Numbered from the stretch's first letter, positions 1 through 16,750 are shown. The stretch is 64,000 nucleotides of DNA from the human T2T-CHM13v2.0 reference genome, Homo sapiens (GCF_009914755.1 NC_060942.1); one strand, 5' to 3'. Program-made: numbers and translations. The notes: generated from the sequence alone by a model not told the origin.

Positions 1-1252
<1,252 letters not shown>

Positions 1253-2059
1253 ACAGTAAAAGAAAAAAATAAAGAAAAGTGAATATTTGTGAAGTCCTGA
1301 TAATGAAATTCTGGCTATTGGTCTTTCAACTTTTAGGATCAACCTATAAAATGCATAGAAGATTTGGTTGTTATTACAGAACAAACTATGCATGTTTTCA
1401 ACTTTGAAAGTATTGAAGTTCAGTTGGGCAGACAGCATGTGTTGGGGGAGAAGCATGGAGGGTGGATAGGGTGGTAAATGTGCTGATTTTCTCACCTTAT
1501 AAAGTGAGTGTTACTGATATTGTTGATAATTGATGGTATGGGAAATATTTAGATATATTATTTGAAGCTACTCAGGCAATTAATAGAAAATGTTTATGTA
1601 ATTATACAACTTTACAAAAATAGATGGTATGAATCAATATTATGAATCTTTTATAGTAGGATGTAAAAAATACTGTTAAAGTTGAGAAATGAAGATACAA
1701 ATATATTTCTTAGTGTTTTGTAGCTCACCGTGAGAAGATTTGAAATGAAGAGTTCAAAGAACTGGTCTCTGATGAATGGCATTGGGATGGTGAGGTCTGG
1801 AAAAAGATGGGAAAAAGGACTTCAGCTTTCATCAAGAGCCCTTCTCTAACAAACACTAGATGTATTATTTCGTGTATTCATTATTCTGATAAAACGTGAA
1901 AAATCATATGAAAATAGAGTATAAATAATTCTATTAATCTGAAACAATTTAGTTCTTTAGAATGTGTCTTAATATATTATTCTTCAGTATAGTATTGTTT
2001 TACATATACAAAAACTACTGAATTATCATAGTAAAACATACAAACAATTTTGATACAGT

Positions 2060-2900
2060 AAATGTTTCTCTTAACTTTGATCAAACTTTATTTGCCACTC
2101 TGGTAATATTCTCTAGTTGGTCCTATGAGACCATTATCTATACTCTTAAATTATACATATAGGTACCTAGAGCAGCTTGTTTGATTTTATTTGTGTATAT
2201 AACTTTAACATAAATAGACCCCTCTAAATATCAATATGGAATTCTTTTTTAACTTGTTGATATATTTCAGTGAGAGTTTAATTTCAGTATGCATAGATTT
2301 GCCTTATGGTACATTTCTTTTTGTGCTCTTTATTTTTTTCATATTTAGGAGAAGAATTTCTAGACAATAGGATATAGGCACTTTGAACTTTATACTCTTT
2401 CACAGACTATATGAAAATGCATGTTTTCCCAAATCTTCACCTATAAAGGGTGAAATACAATGTATCACAATACTATGTCAATATATTATTGCTCTATTGT
2501 GGTTTGATTTTAAATTCCTTGATTCATATTCTGTTACATTATTTGATTTACTTTTCATTTTGCTGGAGTACTTAAGTTACTTTTAAGCAAATGCATGGTG
2601 ATGGAATAAATGTTTTGAGTACTTAAATGTCTGAAGTCTATGATAACAAATTTTTAATTTTAGATGAAATGAAGAAATTTCAAGAAAACTGCAACTTACT
2701 AAAACTGACACAAGAAGAAAGTCTAAAATTTTTCATATTTATGTAATTGAATCTGTTACAAATGAAAGGAAGGATTTCTTTATATATTCTGGATAGTAAT
2801 CACTTTTTATAATACATGTTTGAAATACCTTTCACCCACTTGTCACTTGACTTTTAATACCCTCTATGGTGCTCTCTGACACATAGAAGTTTTAAAAATG
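2060..2900. mobile_element. Highly degraded L1M fragments in both orientations
   Basis: Sense ORF2-like tagatgaaatgaagaaatttcaagaaaactgcaacttactaaaactgacacaagaagaaa (~2660-2720); antisense ttatatattctggata... (~2780-2900). Confidence 0.55.
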
Positions 2901-2924
2901 TAAGTAGAATGTCCAAGATATTAC

Positions 2925-3150
2925 TAGTGTTTCCTGATGTGCCTTGTTCATCTTACCTTTTGGGAAAACAGAAGGTTGCTTGGTCTGTTTCCTGTTAATT
3001 TAGGCATGGCCATGTGACTGTCTTTGCCCAGTGACATGTCACTTCCAGGGGAAATCATTTGAGTCAGTTTACAATTCTCCATGTCGTTCTTTCCCTAGAG
3101 CATTGACCAAGGTGGTGTATATTCTAAATGGTACAGCTATTCAATAGCGG
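2925..3150 (+). mobile_element. Old MaLR LTR fragment (MLT1-type)
   Basis: ttaggcatggccatgtgactg...catgtcacttccagg motif typical of old MLT1 LTRs. Confidence 0.6.
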
Positions 3151-3169
3151 AGGAATAGAAAAAAATAGC

Positions 3170-3920
3170 AAACAAATGATAAGAATGTAGATTTAAACCC
3201 TGTTATTGATGAAATACTTAAACACATTAAAAAACAGTGCCACTGGATAAAAAAGAAAGTCTTACTATTATAATATATGCTGCTTCCTAGAGATATGTCT
3301 TAAATATAAGAAACCAGAAGGTTAAAAATAAAAGTATGGAAAAGCATGTTCAGAAAAACCTAATAAAACAAATCTACCTTGAATATGCCAATATTAGATT
3401 AAGTCTATTTTAAGGAAAGAAGCATTACTAGAGATAAAAAATTCATCATAATTAAAGGGTCAAACAACTAGGGAGACTTAACAATTCTTAATTAAAATGA
3501 AAACCTAATTGCATAGCTCAAATAATATACATATATAAAGAAAAGCACATAAAGCCAAAATTGATACAAATAAAAATATACAGATCTACACTTGTCTCAG
3601 AAAGTGATACAACAAACAGATGCAATATTGGTAAGGACATAGAAGAGCTCAACGCTTTGTTCCACAGCATGATTGATATGTATAAAATACTGCACCCATC
3701 AATTCAGTGATGTACTCCTTTTAAGTACTCACAGATTATTTAACTAAATTGCTCATGTTTAGGGCTACAAAGCAAGTCAACAGATTGCAAGCAATTAAAA
3801 GCTTGCAGAGTATGTCTATTGACCATAGCTCAAATAAACTAGACATAAAAACAAAATGCTAGATAGACAGTACCCAAATGTTTTAAAATTAAACAACTTA
3901 CCCTTAAATAACCCAAGAAA
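3170..3920 (+). mobile_element. Old L1M ORF2 endonuclease-region fragment
   Basis: Degenerate match to the L1 ORF2 5' region (tggataaaaaag...tgctgcttcctagaga...gaaggttaaaaataaaagtatggaaaag...cataattaaagggtcaa). Confidence 0.8.
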
Positions 3921-5329
3921 TGGAATCTGTTATAAATGAAAAGAGAAGGAGTGTCTAGAAGTCAGTAGATTTTAATAGTTAAGGAAGCTTGAGACCTAAA
4001 AGAACAAGTGTTTCTTTCACAAATGGATGTGAATTGCACCACGGAGTAGGAGAGACTCCAGTACCACCTCTGGAACTTGAGGGCTCCGAGGTGTAAAAAT
4101 GAATATTCTTTACTAGAGAGAGCAGCAGAGAACCTGTACTATCAGAGGAGAGTTCTATTTCAATTGGGAGAGAAAATTAGAGGCACATATTGGTGAAGAA
4201 GCTTAGGATTTTTTGAAATACCTGAAATTCAGAAACATAATTATGAATACACATATTACTAGAAAATTTCAATGCAGGTTAAAGGTAGTGACAGGCAAAT
4301 GCTGTGTTTAAATAAAAAATTGATCTTACTCTTTTGGTATTTATTTTGATGACTTTAAAATTGCCAGAGGGTTCAACAGACATCCCTAATCATTTCCATC
4401 CAACTTCTAGCTATTCCCAAAGCCTTATCCACCCAGAAATACAATCATTAAGGTTTACTGGGCTGAAGTGTGGGAGGGAATGTAAGTGTCTGCTGTATAC
4501 ATTTATGAGGTAATGAATTTTTTTAAAAGATTAAAAGTTTAAGGTTTTTTTGTTTAGATTGTTTGAAAACATCCACTCTCCTAATGTAAGTACCTCTGTG
4601 GATATAGCCATATCAAAATAGTTATGACAAAATTTCAGGTATTTCTATTGGAATATAGGACAGTGGACAGGGAAGAGTTAAATCAGCTGGCCTACTCTAT
4701 TTATTCACACTATTCATGTCCTATCGTGGGGATGGTGTTGGGGTATAGACCTGGGGGAACTAAAAGCAGACAGGCAACCCGGGTAACTTTGTCAGTATGC
4801 TAACCAGACTTTCTAGTAAATAGATTAATAATATTTGCTAGAACATCCTTATCTATGGGATCTTCTTAACAAGATATCTCTGTTTAAGGATTGCCAGTAT
4901 GTCACATAAACTGGGATATAAAATGGACGTGTTTCATAAATGGAACATCCTCACCGTGAGGAATAATCTTTAAATAACTTTATTACTGTGGGCCGCAGAG
5001 CACTTGTCTGATGTCAAAAAGGAAGATGTGGGAACCATTCTCAAAACTCCAGGCCTCTATTTATTTCCATTTGAGCCTCTTGATTGCCTATATCTTTAAC
5101 TTGATTAGTAAAATCTGTTAATGGGCAAGATCCTTGATTCATTTGAGTTTGAAATGATAATGTGTTCCTTTATGTTTTCTCAGGCATCTCTGTGAGTCTG
5201 TGGTTTCAGAAAAGACTTTTTGTAAGAGCTAAGTCTGAAAGCCTTAGCTCACTTTGCTTAGTCAAGAAGGGTGCAGCTGGATAAAAAGAACATGAACAAA
5301 ATTTTTAAAAAAGCCCAAATAATGGAACA

Positions 5330-5990
5330 ACAAAAAAACTGTGAAGGATAGTGTCATTGGGAGTGACAAGAGGTAAGTTTACAAAACAGGACAGGGCCAG
5401 ATCATGCTTAGGCCAACTTGTGAGAGGTGGCCTTCCTTGGCGTTCACAGCAGACACACCCAGAACTGCAGAGAGAGCAGGTGGAACCTCTGCAGATGCTA
5501 TTTTGAAGGTAAGCAGAGAGACTGGTGAGGCAGCCGTTCCAGCAGTTCAGTTGAGAAATGACCTGGGCTGAACCAGGATAGGGATGCAGCAGAAGGAATG
5601 CTTTTGTAAACCATTTGGGAGGGAAAACTTTTAGGTCTTGCCTGTTGATTGGGCATGAGGCTTGAGGCAGAGAACAGAGTCGAACTGAGAACAAACTTTC
5701 TAGCTGGAATGGCGGATGAGATGGTGAGGCTGTGGCCTGAAAGAGTTCATGCAGGAGGAGAAAGGAATTCAGGAGGTGTATGATAAAAGTTCTGTTTCAA
5801 ACACCTAAAGCTTGAGGTGCCTGTGGGGTATGGAGGTGGATATTTCCAAGATGTGTCTGAGCCATGAGAACCCAGAGAAGCTCACATGTAAGGTCTAGAG
5901 CAAATGTGGGCATCATATGTATATAGTTTGCAGTTCAAACTCTGGGAGAGGACGAGATTGCCGGTGAACAAAGAATACAATAAAAAGGCC
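5330..5990 (-). mobile_element. L2 fragment
   Basis: Purine-rich antisense L2 signature (cagggccagatcatg, gagactggtgaggcagc...ccag, aagcttgaggtgcctgtggg). Confidence 0.75.
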
Positions 5991-8900
5991 AGAGCACTCA
6001 CGGGCTAGTTTGTAATTTTTATTGAGCACGAATGTGTTTATCACTGGATTCTTCAGGACTCTGTAGTTAAATAAGGTAACTGTATTGTGAGCCTTGTATT
6101 TAGAGAATATATAGGATTGATCTTCCTGGTTTACTCTGAGGATCTGTATATTGATAAAATGTGATTATATTATATAGTTTCCAGAAGAGATAATTTATAT
6201 CATGTACAATGATGATATAGCTTGTTTGATGTCATTATTCTAATAAATAGGAAATCCAGCTTATCTGCAAATCATACTTATGCTTCTCTCTTTATCAGCA
6301 TGTACTCAATAAGCACTTGGTAATTGTATGTTATATAAATGAAGCTATGCATATGTAATGTCCGTCATGTTATTTGGAAGGGGGCATCTGTGCTAAACAA
6401 GCTAAACACTTTTATTACCAAAAACATCAAGGAATGCAAATACCATAACTTCCTGCAAGTTGTTTATTGCCTATGAAAAGTAGCTAAAAAGTATTATATA
6501 TTGCCATTTCATCATTCCATGAGATTACTTTATTGTTAAGTTGAAGTGACTGCTGGCTTTATTAAACTCAGTGCAATATTGGATTTCATTACAAATTTTC
6601 ATTTTCATAGTGATAATGTCTTCCGCAATACAACACTCTTCATTTATTACTTCATTTTCACTTCTTTTTAGCTTTTGTTTTCATACAAACTCTAAAATGA
6701 ATAAGCTCAGGGAAAGCCTCTTGTGACTAAAGATTTCTTATACTTCAACCTTTGGAAAATTTACATAAACATTACTTGTCATCCCATTGTGATATGGGCA
6801 TATGAGATTTGATTCTCATTTTGGGAAATATTTTGTCACAACAAGAAAGGGCTTTGCTTTCTCTTCAATTTTTGTTAGAGATGGTGAAAATTTGACCTCC
6901 AAACTATTATTCATAGTATGGAGAGAAATGAATATCAGAATTAACAAGCTCAGAATGCTGGAATCAAGCTGTTAAACACGACAGATCATTTTACTTTTAA
7001 TAGCCTTTTATTGTAAATTATTTTACAATACAAATTGCTTTCTTAACTTTTGTATTTCTGATAATCTTGATATTTCCTTGGCTGATATTTAATGTTTTAT
7101 GTTGTATCCTTCCTTTTTCTAGAGCTATTTGTGGTAGGTCTCAATTGCTCTCCATTATTGAGACCTTTCTCCTTGGGAATAAAATTTCTCTTCATTTAAA
7201 AATCCAGTCATTTTAATGTAGTGTTACAATGACTTCTCACTCAACAACAGCGTTTTGGATAAAATGTTAATTACACCATGAAACTTCAATCATCATCATG
7301 ATGGCAACACTTGCATTTTCATTTTTAATTCCTTCAGTGAGTTAACTCTTTCTATTATGACAGGGTGATGTAATGTGATGGGAATTTCAAAACAGCCCTG
7401 CCTTTGGCATAAAATAGCCCAGTGACTTTAGATCGGTCTTGCAAACAGTCTGGACCTCAGTGTACTCAACGGTATAATTAAGGAGTTTAACTTCCTTCCA
7501 GGTGTAAGTTTCTTATACTAATTTTTGTGTTTGCCTTTTTTTTTTTTCTTGGTCTATTCTGCCCTCATTTCCTCCTTCTTCCCTTCATCGTTTTCCATGG
7601 TCAAGTCTTAGAACTCACCCTAAGGCCCGCATGTTTACTGCAGACATTAAGAATTAACAGCCATGGTGCAGTTTGACATAAGCGTCTCAGTGGCCCCTGT
7701 GGGAATTTACAGACAGCACCGTGTGGCATGAGCTGTAAAAAGAAGCGTTAAACTAGTACCTATAAAAATGTGTGCTTAAAGCCTAGAATGAAAATATTGT
7801 TTGGAACTTTCAATATTAAAATGGCTCTGGATTTATTGTGCCTTTGAGGCTGACTGAGTTTTGCGCAGCCCGGTTTTATATGTGATAGTGCTATTTTTGT
7901 TGGTCGACACAACATGATAACATCTTTTGATGAAGGTCCATGAAACTGTGGGTTGGAAGCCTTTAGGGGGGTCACCAAAAGAAATGCAGTCCTTTAAATG
8001 TCAGCAAAATGAAAGGACACAGTCACTTTCTGTTGGTTTTTATATATCTATGTGCACTTGGGGGAGATTTTCTTTTCTAAGCCCTCTCATTCTTCCTCAA
8101 GATATTTCTGTAACAATAGGCAAATAATCTTGGGGTATGAGGAGTATGTTTGTAAATCTATTTGTATAATGTTGATGTAAATACCAGAAATAGAAGCAAA
8201 TATCAGAAAAACAAAAGCATTTAAAATATGTGCAGAGAAAAGCTAGCTGTTAATATCAGGAAAGAAATACAAAGAAGAAAATCTATACTGATAGGTCAAT
8301 GTTGGCAGGAGATAGCTGCCTGCTTATTACTTCATATTAGAAAGAAAAATTGAAATATGAAATGATTTTGGAAAACTACATTCAACTTGTAGTTTAAGAG
8401 CAGACATTTTAACCTCTTCAGCTTGTGAGGATTAAACAACACCAGATGCAGGGTGAAGAACTTGGTATGAATATCTTAGTGAGAAATTTAGCACACACTA
8501 GCTACAGTGATGGATAAGAAGGTAATTCAAGTCTGAACTCAGGTTTAACTTAGGTGATCTTAATTGTTTTGTGTAACTCAAGGATTAAGAGGAGCATCAG
8601 AATGTGATCATAAGTTAAAAGTATATAAATGGGTCAAGAACTATGCAGTATAATAATTTATCAGAATTTTGTAAGCAAATCACATTTGTAATTCCAACCT
8701 TTTAAATTTCTGTACCTATTTATCTTTATACATCACTTTACATAATAGATTCACGATAGTTTAGAAAAAGTGGTAAAATATAAATCTGAATAAAATTAGG
8801 ATTCAGAAAAATGTGAATTAAAATAGGAAGTAGAGTTGGAGGGAAATTGGAACTGAACTGTGCAAACAATGTGCTTCTCATATTTGTTATAGTTGAGGCA

Positions 8901-9539
8901 CAGATTTGGCTTTGAGTTAAATTATAGATGTAACAAAAAAAGAGAGTCATTCATTTACACAGCTCTCATTATTTGAGAAGGCATACTGTGCTTGTTTGAA
9001 TATGAGGTATGAGTCAATTTTCTAGCATCTCCAAAACAAAAAAAAATTCACTTGAGATGTCATAGAAGAGGTACTAAGCCATTTAAAGACAATGACCTCA
9101 AAAAAAAAAAAAAGAAAAGAAAAAGAAAAAACTCCATAAAATAAAAACAAACACAAAACCTCTGATTAGAAAGGGGACAGGCATCATAAGACTCTTTCTT
9201 TTATTGCTCCTCCATAAAACCAAGGAATATAATAGTAAATTGCCATTCAAGGACAGCAAGAAAATACTGTCTAAGAACCTTTCTGATGACTTTGGTGGAT
9301 ACAGTGATTTAACCTAGATGATAAAAAAAAAATTAGATTACATTCGAGCAACATTTCATGAAAAAAAATTCATTTCCTAGCCTAATAAATATTTATTGGG
9401 CAACTACAATGGACAGAATGTCACAGCAGCACTGGCAGGAAATGTCCGTTTACCAAGAATGTTTACTTGCTTTCTCTCTTGAGGGCCTCTTTTATAACTC
9501 CCCTCTGCTCAAACCTGCATCTGCACCGCACTCATCCTT

Positions 9540-10059
9540 ACTCTAAGGTGATGACCTTGTTTCTTTCTTTCCAGAGAAAATAGAAGCAGTCAAAAGGCAT
9601 TTTCCCATTTCTTTACCCCAGCATCCACGCATGCACACCATATACATTGCCACGCTTCCTCCTATGTTGTGCTATTGCTGAGCCAGCCTCGGCCACATAC
9701 ACCACTCAAGAACAGTGTTTCAACGACTCTCTCCTTAGTCTTCTGCATTATTATTATTTTTCTCTTTTCTGGATCATTCTTGTAAGAATACAGGCTTGTG
9801 GTCATTTACCCCTTAAAAATATCTTTCCCTTGATATGAAATCTGCCTTTTATTGCCATCCTATTCTCTGCTCTATTTATAACAAGAATCCTTGAAAGACT
9901 TTTTAATATTCATTTCCTCCCATTTTTGCTTATACAGGCTACAATCAAATTTTGTCTCCATCAGTCTAGCAAAACTGCTTTTGTCGAGGTTACCTTCATC
10001 CTCTATTTTGCTAAATTTAATGGTCAATTTTCAATCCCTGGATTTCCTGACCTATCTTT
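9540..10059 (+). mobile_element. L2 fragment (resumes at ~11250-11490 after the MER21)
   Basis: gatgaccttgtttct...cagagaaaatagaagcagtca; ttgctaaatttaatggtcaattttcaatcc. Confidence 0.75.
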
Positions 10060-11249
<1,190 letters not shown>

Positions 11250-11493
11250 AGCAGTCATTCCTTCCTCCTGGTAATACGTTTGTATGACTCCTAGGACCCC
11301 ATCCTCTCTGAGTTTTCCTAAAACCCCCTTGTGGCTCCTTCTCAATATCCTTTAATATCCTTTATTGTTTCCTTATCTCTCTAACCTTCCTAAAAGGTGA
11401 AATAATCCTGAGATCATCCTTTATTTCTGTTCTGTTCTCCATCTCAATCGCTTGATGTTCTCATTTAGTCTCATGGTTTAAACACCATTTAGA

Positions 11494-11683
11494 CCAGTGG
11501 TTATCAATTCTCACTATGTGTTCATTACTGCATGTTAACCCTCATTACATCTTAACTTGGGAGCTTCCATAAAGACTATCAAGGACCCCAAATATTCTGA
11601 TTTTATTGGTTTGTCATGGGTCCCAAGAAAAAATACATTTTAGAAGCTTTCCAGTTGATTCTGATGTACAGACAGACTTGAGA
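11494..11683. mobile_element. MER5-type hAT-Charlie MITE
   Basis: Begins cagtggttatcaa; ends gattctgatgtacagacagacttgagaa. Confidence 0.7.
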
Positions 11684-12239
11684 AAGAAGCTGACATTTTA
11701 GGGGGGAGGCTAGAACTCAGTTCTGTACAAAACAAAGTCCTGTCTCTAACCTGCACATGCAACTGGTCACTTACAGGTCCTAAATATCTTTCAAATAAGT
11801 TTTAAATAAATTTATTCACTTCTATTTATGCCAATTATACCTTATTGTGCTAACTAAATAAGATTTATAAATGTAACTAAGAGATTGAATAAAATGATGA
11901 ATAAGGCAATCAGCATTTTCTAGTTTTTTTAATCATCCCTTGCTTTAAATTTGTTGGCCTTAAGATTATTATTATTTTCTAATTACTGCTCATATTTTAG
12001 GGTAATCATACATTAAAAAATAGATTTTTAGAAGAACAAAGTAGGTTATAACCATGTATGTGCAATATGACTCAATGATGAGCTCTCTCTGTGTGGGGAT
12101 TACCTCTAGGTACAAGGTCTGTGGGTGGTTTATTATCTTTGTACTAGTTCTGTATTTTTTTAATTAAATAGGCCTTATAATAATACAATATAATAAATGA
12201 CAATTTAGGGATATATCGTTCTTTAAAAATAAAACCTCA

Positions 12240-12533
<294 letters not shown>

Positions 12534-13010
12534 CTATGTATGTGTTTACACATTTGTTCAAATACGTTGCTTGTTGTTTGGTGCTTAGTGATAATAGTAT
12601 TTGCTTAAGTGCTCTATGTGTTGCAAAATGAGACAAAATATACGAAAATCCCATGGATTAAAACTCCAATTGAGTAACACAAATTAGAAGATACCAAGTT
12701 GTCTATGTAAAGTAGTAACATCATTTGCCTTTTTACATAGTCAGACTTTCTCTGGTATAAGCATCAAGCAACTCTATGTTAGTTTTCACTGGCTATCATT
12801 ACATATATAATAAAAGACATCTTTTCTATATAGATTAAAATCAAATCACTGATGTAATTAAACCTGAAGATTCTTTCAAAAATGCAGATGGGCTGCACTT
12901 TTCGATAGCAATCTTGACCTTATGTTAGTAACATATTCCACCTGCTAGGCTAAACATTTTACCCAATAGTAGGGCAATTTAAGAATTAATTGATTCAGGA
13001 ATCAAGATTA

Positions 13011-13377
<367 letters not shown>

Positions 13378-13802
13378 TCAATCACTATTGCTTAGAATTA
13401 TGGAGTTTGTAGCACTTCGTTTGAACAAAAGAAGAAAGAATGAATAAGTCTTGTCCTTTTAATTCCAATAATACCTCTCTCCTCATAAAATTAATCTTAT
13501 TTGTGTCTCTAGAATGTCCTAGTAACTAGTGTATTGCTATGACACAAAGTGCTTGAGTTAGAGGCTATTATTGTATGGGCTATAGTTCAAAACCATCGTT
13601 GTCAAGTGATTCACACAGAGCTTGTCACAGTACTTAAGACAGCTTCCATAAGTAGGCTGTTACCTTAGTTGGGCGATAAAAATGCAAAACAAAAAAACGA
13701 AAAACAAAACGTGGACAATGCAGGAGATACTGTGCACCTCTTACTAATTTAGGCTAATTTCCATATCCTCTGGGTGGCTTTGCCTGTTGTTTGGGATTTT
13801 CG

Positions 13803-13818
13803 ACTCTAGATGGCGGTA
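13803..13818 (+). promoter_or_regulatory. Candidate CTCF binding site
   Basis: actctagatggcggta matches the CTCF core CCASYAGRKGGCRS at all but two 5' positions; lies in unique sequence with retained CpGs. Confidence 0.55.
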
Positions 13819-14534
13819 AAGGGTGCACAATCACGAGCTGAGGTCAGGTTGGTTTTGAGCCAGGGCTCTCTAAGGCTGATTAGTGACAGCCTCAATTTCA
13901 GGGCTGTTTTCAATTTCATGTGTTACATAAAACAAAGGTTAATTAGTCATACTGCTCATTTTGAGAAGTAGAAATTTGCCTATAAATAGTATGCTATTCC
14001 GTGCACTAAGTCGTGTGATGCCTGTTGCTTTTAGTGTTTGACAAATTAAGGAAATATCTTGAAATGCCTGGATAAGGTGGACTTGGACATAGAACCCAGG
14101 CAAGACTGCTTTTATTGTTCCCATGGCAACATCTTAAAGCCTTTTATGCTTAATATTTTCACTAATGTCTGCTTTTTGGTAGACTCTGAAGATAGTGAAG
14201 GTGTTGCTCATAAAATAGGAAGATAGCTAGTATTTTTCCTGATTATATCTTTTGATACACCCTCCATCCATATGCACTGTCAAGACCTCTTTTCCTAGGC
14301 AATATCATTTGAAAGCAGGATGATGCGAACTTAGCTTGATTATCTCTAACATTTTCTACCTTTTATATTTTTATTTCCCAGTATTAAAGTGGGAATGGGA
14401 GCTTCTTTTTTCCCTTCAGATTTATGCACCATCTGTATTTTAAAATAATTATGGCTGTCCCTAAAGTAGCAAGTGTTTCCTAGCTGCCCTGCTACATCCT
14501 GTCTTCTAGCAGTTTATGACTGCTAACGTTAATC

Positions 14535-14825
14535 TTTTTCCTTGCCACCTCTCTCTCCTTTCCCTTTCTCCCTCCTTCCTTCGCTTCCTTTTCCCTTCTC
14601 TCCCTTCTTAGGTCTTTCTTTCCCTCTCTGCCTTCCTTCCTTCCCTTCTCTTTTTCTTTTTTCCTTCCTCTTTTTCTTCCTCTCTTCCTTTTTTCTTTTG
14701 GCCTTCCTAACCTCTCTGTGTCTCTTTCTTTTTCTTCTCTTTCTTTCATCTCCTGCCCTCTCTCCCCTCCTTTCTTGCCTCCTTCCTTCTTTCCTTCTTT
14801 CTCACTTTCTTCCTTCACTCCTTTG
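14535..14825 (+). repeat. Pyrimidine-rich (CT) low-complexity tract
   Basis: ~290 bp almost entirely C/T on the + strand, with CTTC/CTTT units. Confidence 0.95.
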
Positions 14826-14849
14826 TTCCAGTGTCTTGAAAAGAGTGTA

Positions 14850-15040
14850 GACTTGGAGATTGGTCTTGAGCTGAATTCTACTGAAGCCTCATATATGTTG
14901 AGTATCCTTGGAAAAGTAACCTAACTTCTTTAAATATTATTTTTCTCTTCTAAAAATGGGCTAATAACACTTTCTCCATATTATAGTTGATGGGAGACAA
15001 AAGAGTTAATGTGTGCTAATCACCTGGCAGATAGTATCAT
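14850..15040 (+). mobile_element. MIR
   Basis: ccttggaaaagtaacctaact...tctaaaatgggctaataacac core. Confidence 0.7.
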
Positions 15041-16189
15041 TAACACCTGAGGGAAGTTAATTTATCTTTACAGTAGGAGCTGAATAAATGGTATAAAACA
15101 GTATAAACTATTTTAGTATAGTTTTCTTTTCATAGAACCTATGTATGCAATTTAAATGAAATTTTACTTACAGTTCCTCAGTGAAATGAAGTTATTTCAC
15201 TCTCAAATTAATTCCTGAATAATAGCACCTTGGGTCAGAAGTTTATTGTACTCCGTTGCCACAGTGGTGGGGACAGGGCTGAATTAGGCATTAGGAGACC
15301 CACTTCTAGTTCTGCCATGAACCAGCTCTCCCTTTATTGAATCTTTTCTTAAGGGGAGGACCTTCACTTTCCGATGAGATTTTAAAAGTTAATTATATTA
15401 TCTATCTTTCTTTACAGGACAACTTCTAGAATTATTGCTGCAAAGATCCGGTTATCCTCACAGGGAGTGAGTGAAAAAAAGTGGGAAGAAACTAACTTAA
15501 TTCTAAGAAATGAGAGGATTACAGATCCCAGAAGATAATCAAGTGCTTCAAGACAGTTGATTAAGCCAAATTATATGTGGTAGAGAAAGATTTGTGGAGC
15601 AGTTTCAGAATATATACACATGTCTGTCTGTTGAATGCATTCCTTCCTCTTACAGGAAGGAATTCCTTCCAGGGTCATTGTATGTGATAAAGATCACTTG
15701 TAAATGAAAACTTTGGAGGTTACAGAAGAAGTAAATGTCAGAAATGAAGGAAAATAATAGCAGGTAAAGGAAAGAAAGGGAGGAATCGCAGAAATGAGAA
15801 AAACTGAAAAGGGAAGAAAGCAGAGACCACTAATTAGAAGTCGAGCATCTTGGAGGATGAAATTATGCCATAATTTTCTTCCCTTGTAAGTGATATATAT
15901 ATATATATGTTGGATTGAATTTTGTCTATTTTATCTTCCTTAAGGTTTGTATGACAAGTGAGGGATCAAAAGAAGGGAGAAAGGAAGGACAGGCAGTTTG
16001 AAAGATGAATAAGATTTGAAAACTCAAGAGGAAATTGAGGGGAGTTTTTTTGTGATGACAGGATACTATTCTAGTAAGGTTTATATGGCAAAGGAAGTTG
16101 ATTAGTAGTTCCATGGTGATGAATATTGCAGTGAACATTTGCAACTGGACTGCTTGACACTCAGTCTAGAAGGGAGAAGTGGAGACCAT

Positions 16190-16525
16190 CTTTCTTTCCA
16201 GCCCCTGGCGGCACATGGCCCATGGACAGTGAATGAGATGCTCTGAAAGTGCAGAGGTCCCTTTAGGGTTATTAGAAACAAGTATGTTGGAGAAGCAAGT
16301 CCAGTGGCTTGGAGGTGAGTGTTCAGGCAGAGCAGCTGCAGTCGGATGCTGAACAGACCATTCCTCTGTCAGGAAAAGTAGCTAAGCATCTTCTCCCTCA
16401 ATTATTATTGAGCCTATTCTGCTAGGTTTTCAATTAGTTTTGGGAGGTGACCCTTTACAATAAACTCCTTTACTGCTTAAGTTAATCTGAGTCAGTATAT
16501 AACCAACAAATACTCCTGGTGACTA
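16190..16525 (+). mobile_element. Old ERVL-type LTR fragment (LTR33/LTR16-like)
   Basis: 3' end ccctttacaataaactcctttactgcttaagttaatctgagtcag...aaccaa. Confidence 0.5.
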
Positions 16526-16639
16526 TAAATCAAATAAAATTAATTTTTCCAAAATACTTAATTTTATAACCTCAAATTTTAACATCCCTTTCTTAATTTG
16601 TCAAGTCTGGGAAACATTTGACATGAGAGCAAGTGAAAA

Positions 16640-16750
16640 TATCTCAGGTTTTATAGTCAGGACACTTAGCTCTTTAGCCACTATCTTTGTCATCTTGGGC
16701 AAATTACTTAGCCTCCGCCCTTAATGAGTTTCCGCTTCTCTCATGTGTCA
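16640..16750 (+). mobile_element. MIR fragment
   Basis: tcttgggcaaattacttagcctc core. Confidence 0.6.

Noticed and set aside
7712-7732. cagcacc as a REST/RE1 site
   Set aside because: Only a partial left half-site; no GGACAG right half.
14492-14924. Lys/Glu/Arg-rich and Leu/Phe/Ser-rich ORFs
   Set aside because: They arise from the stop-poor CT low-complexity tract.
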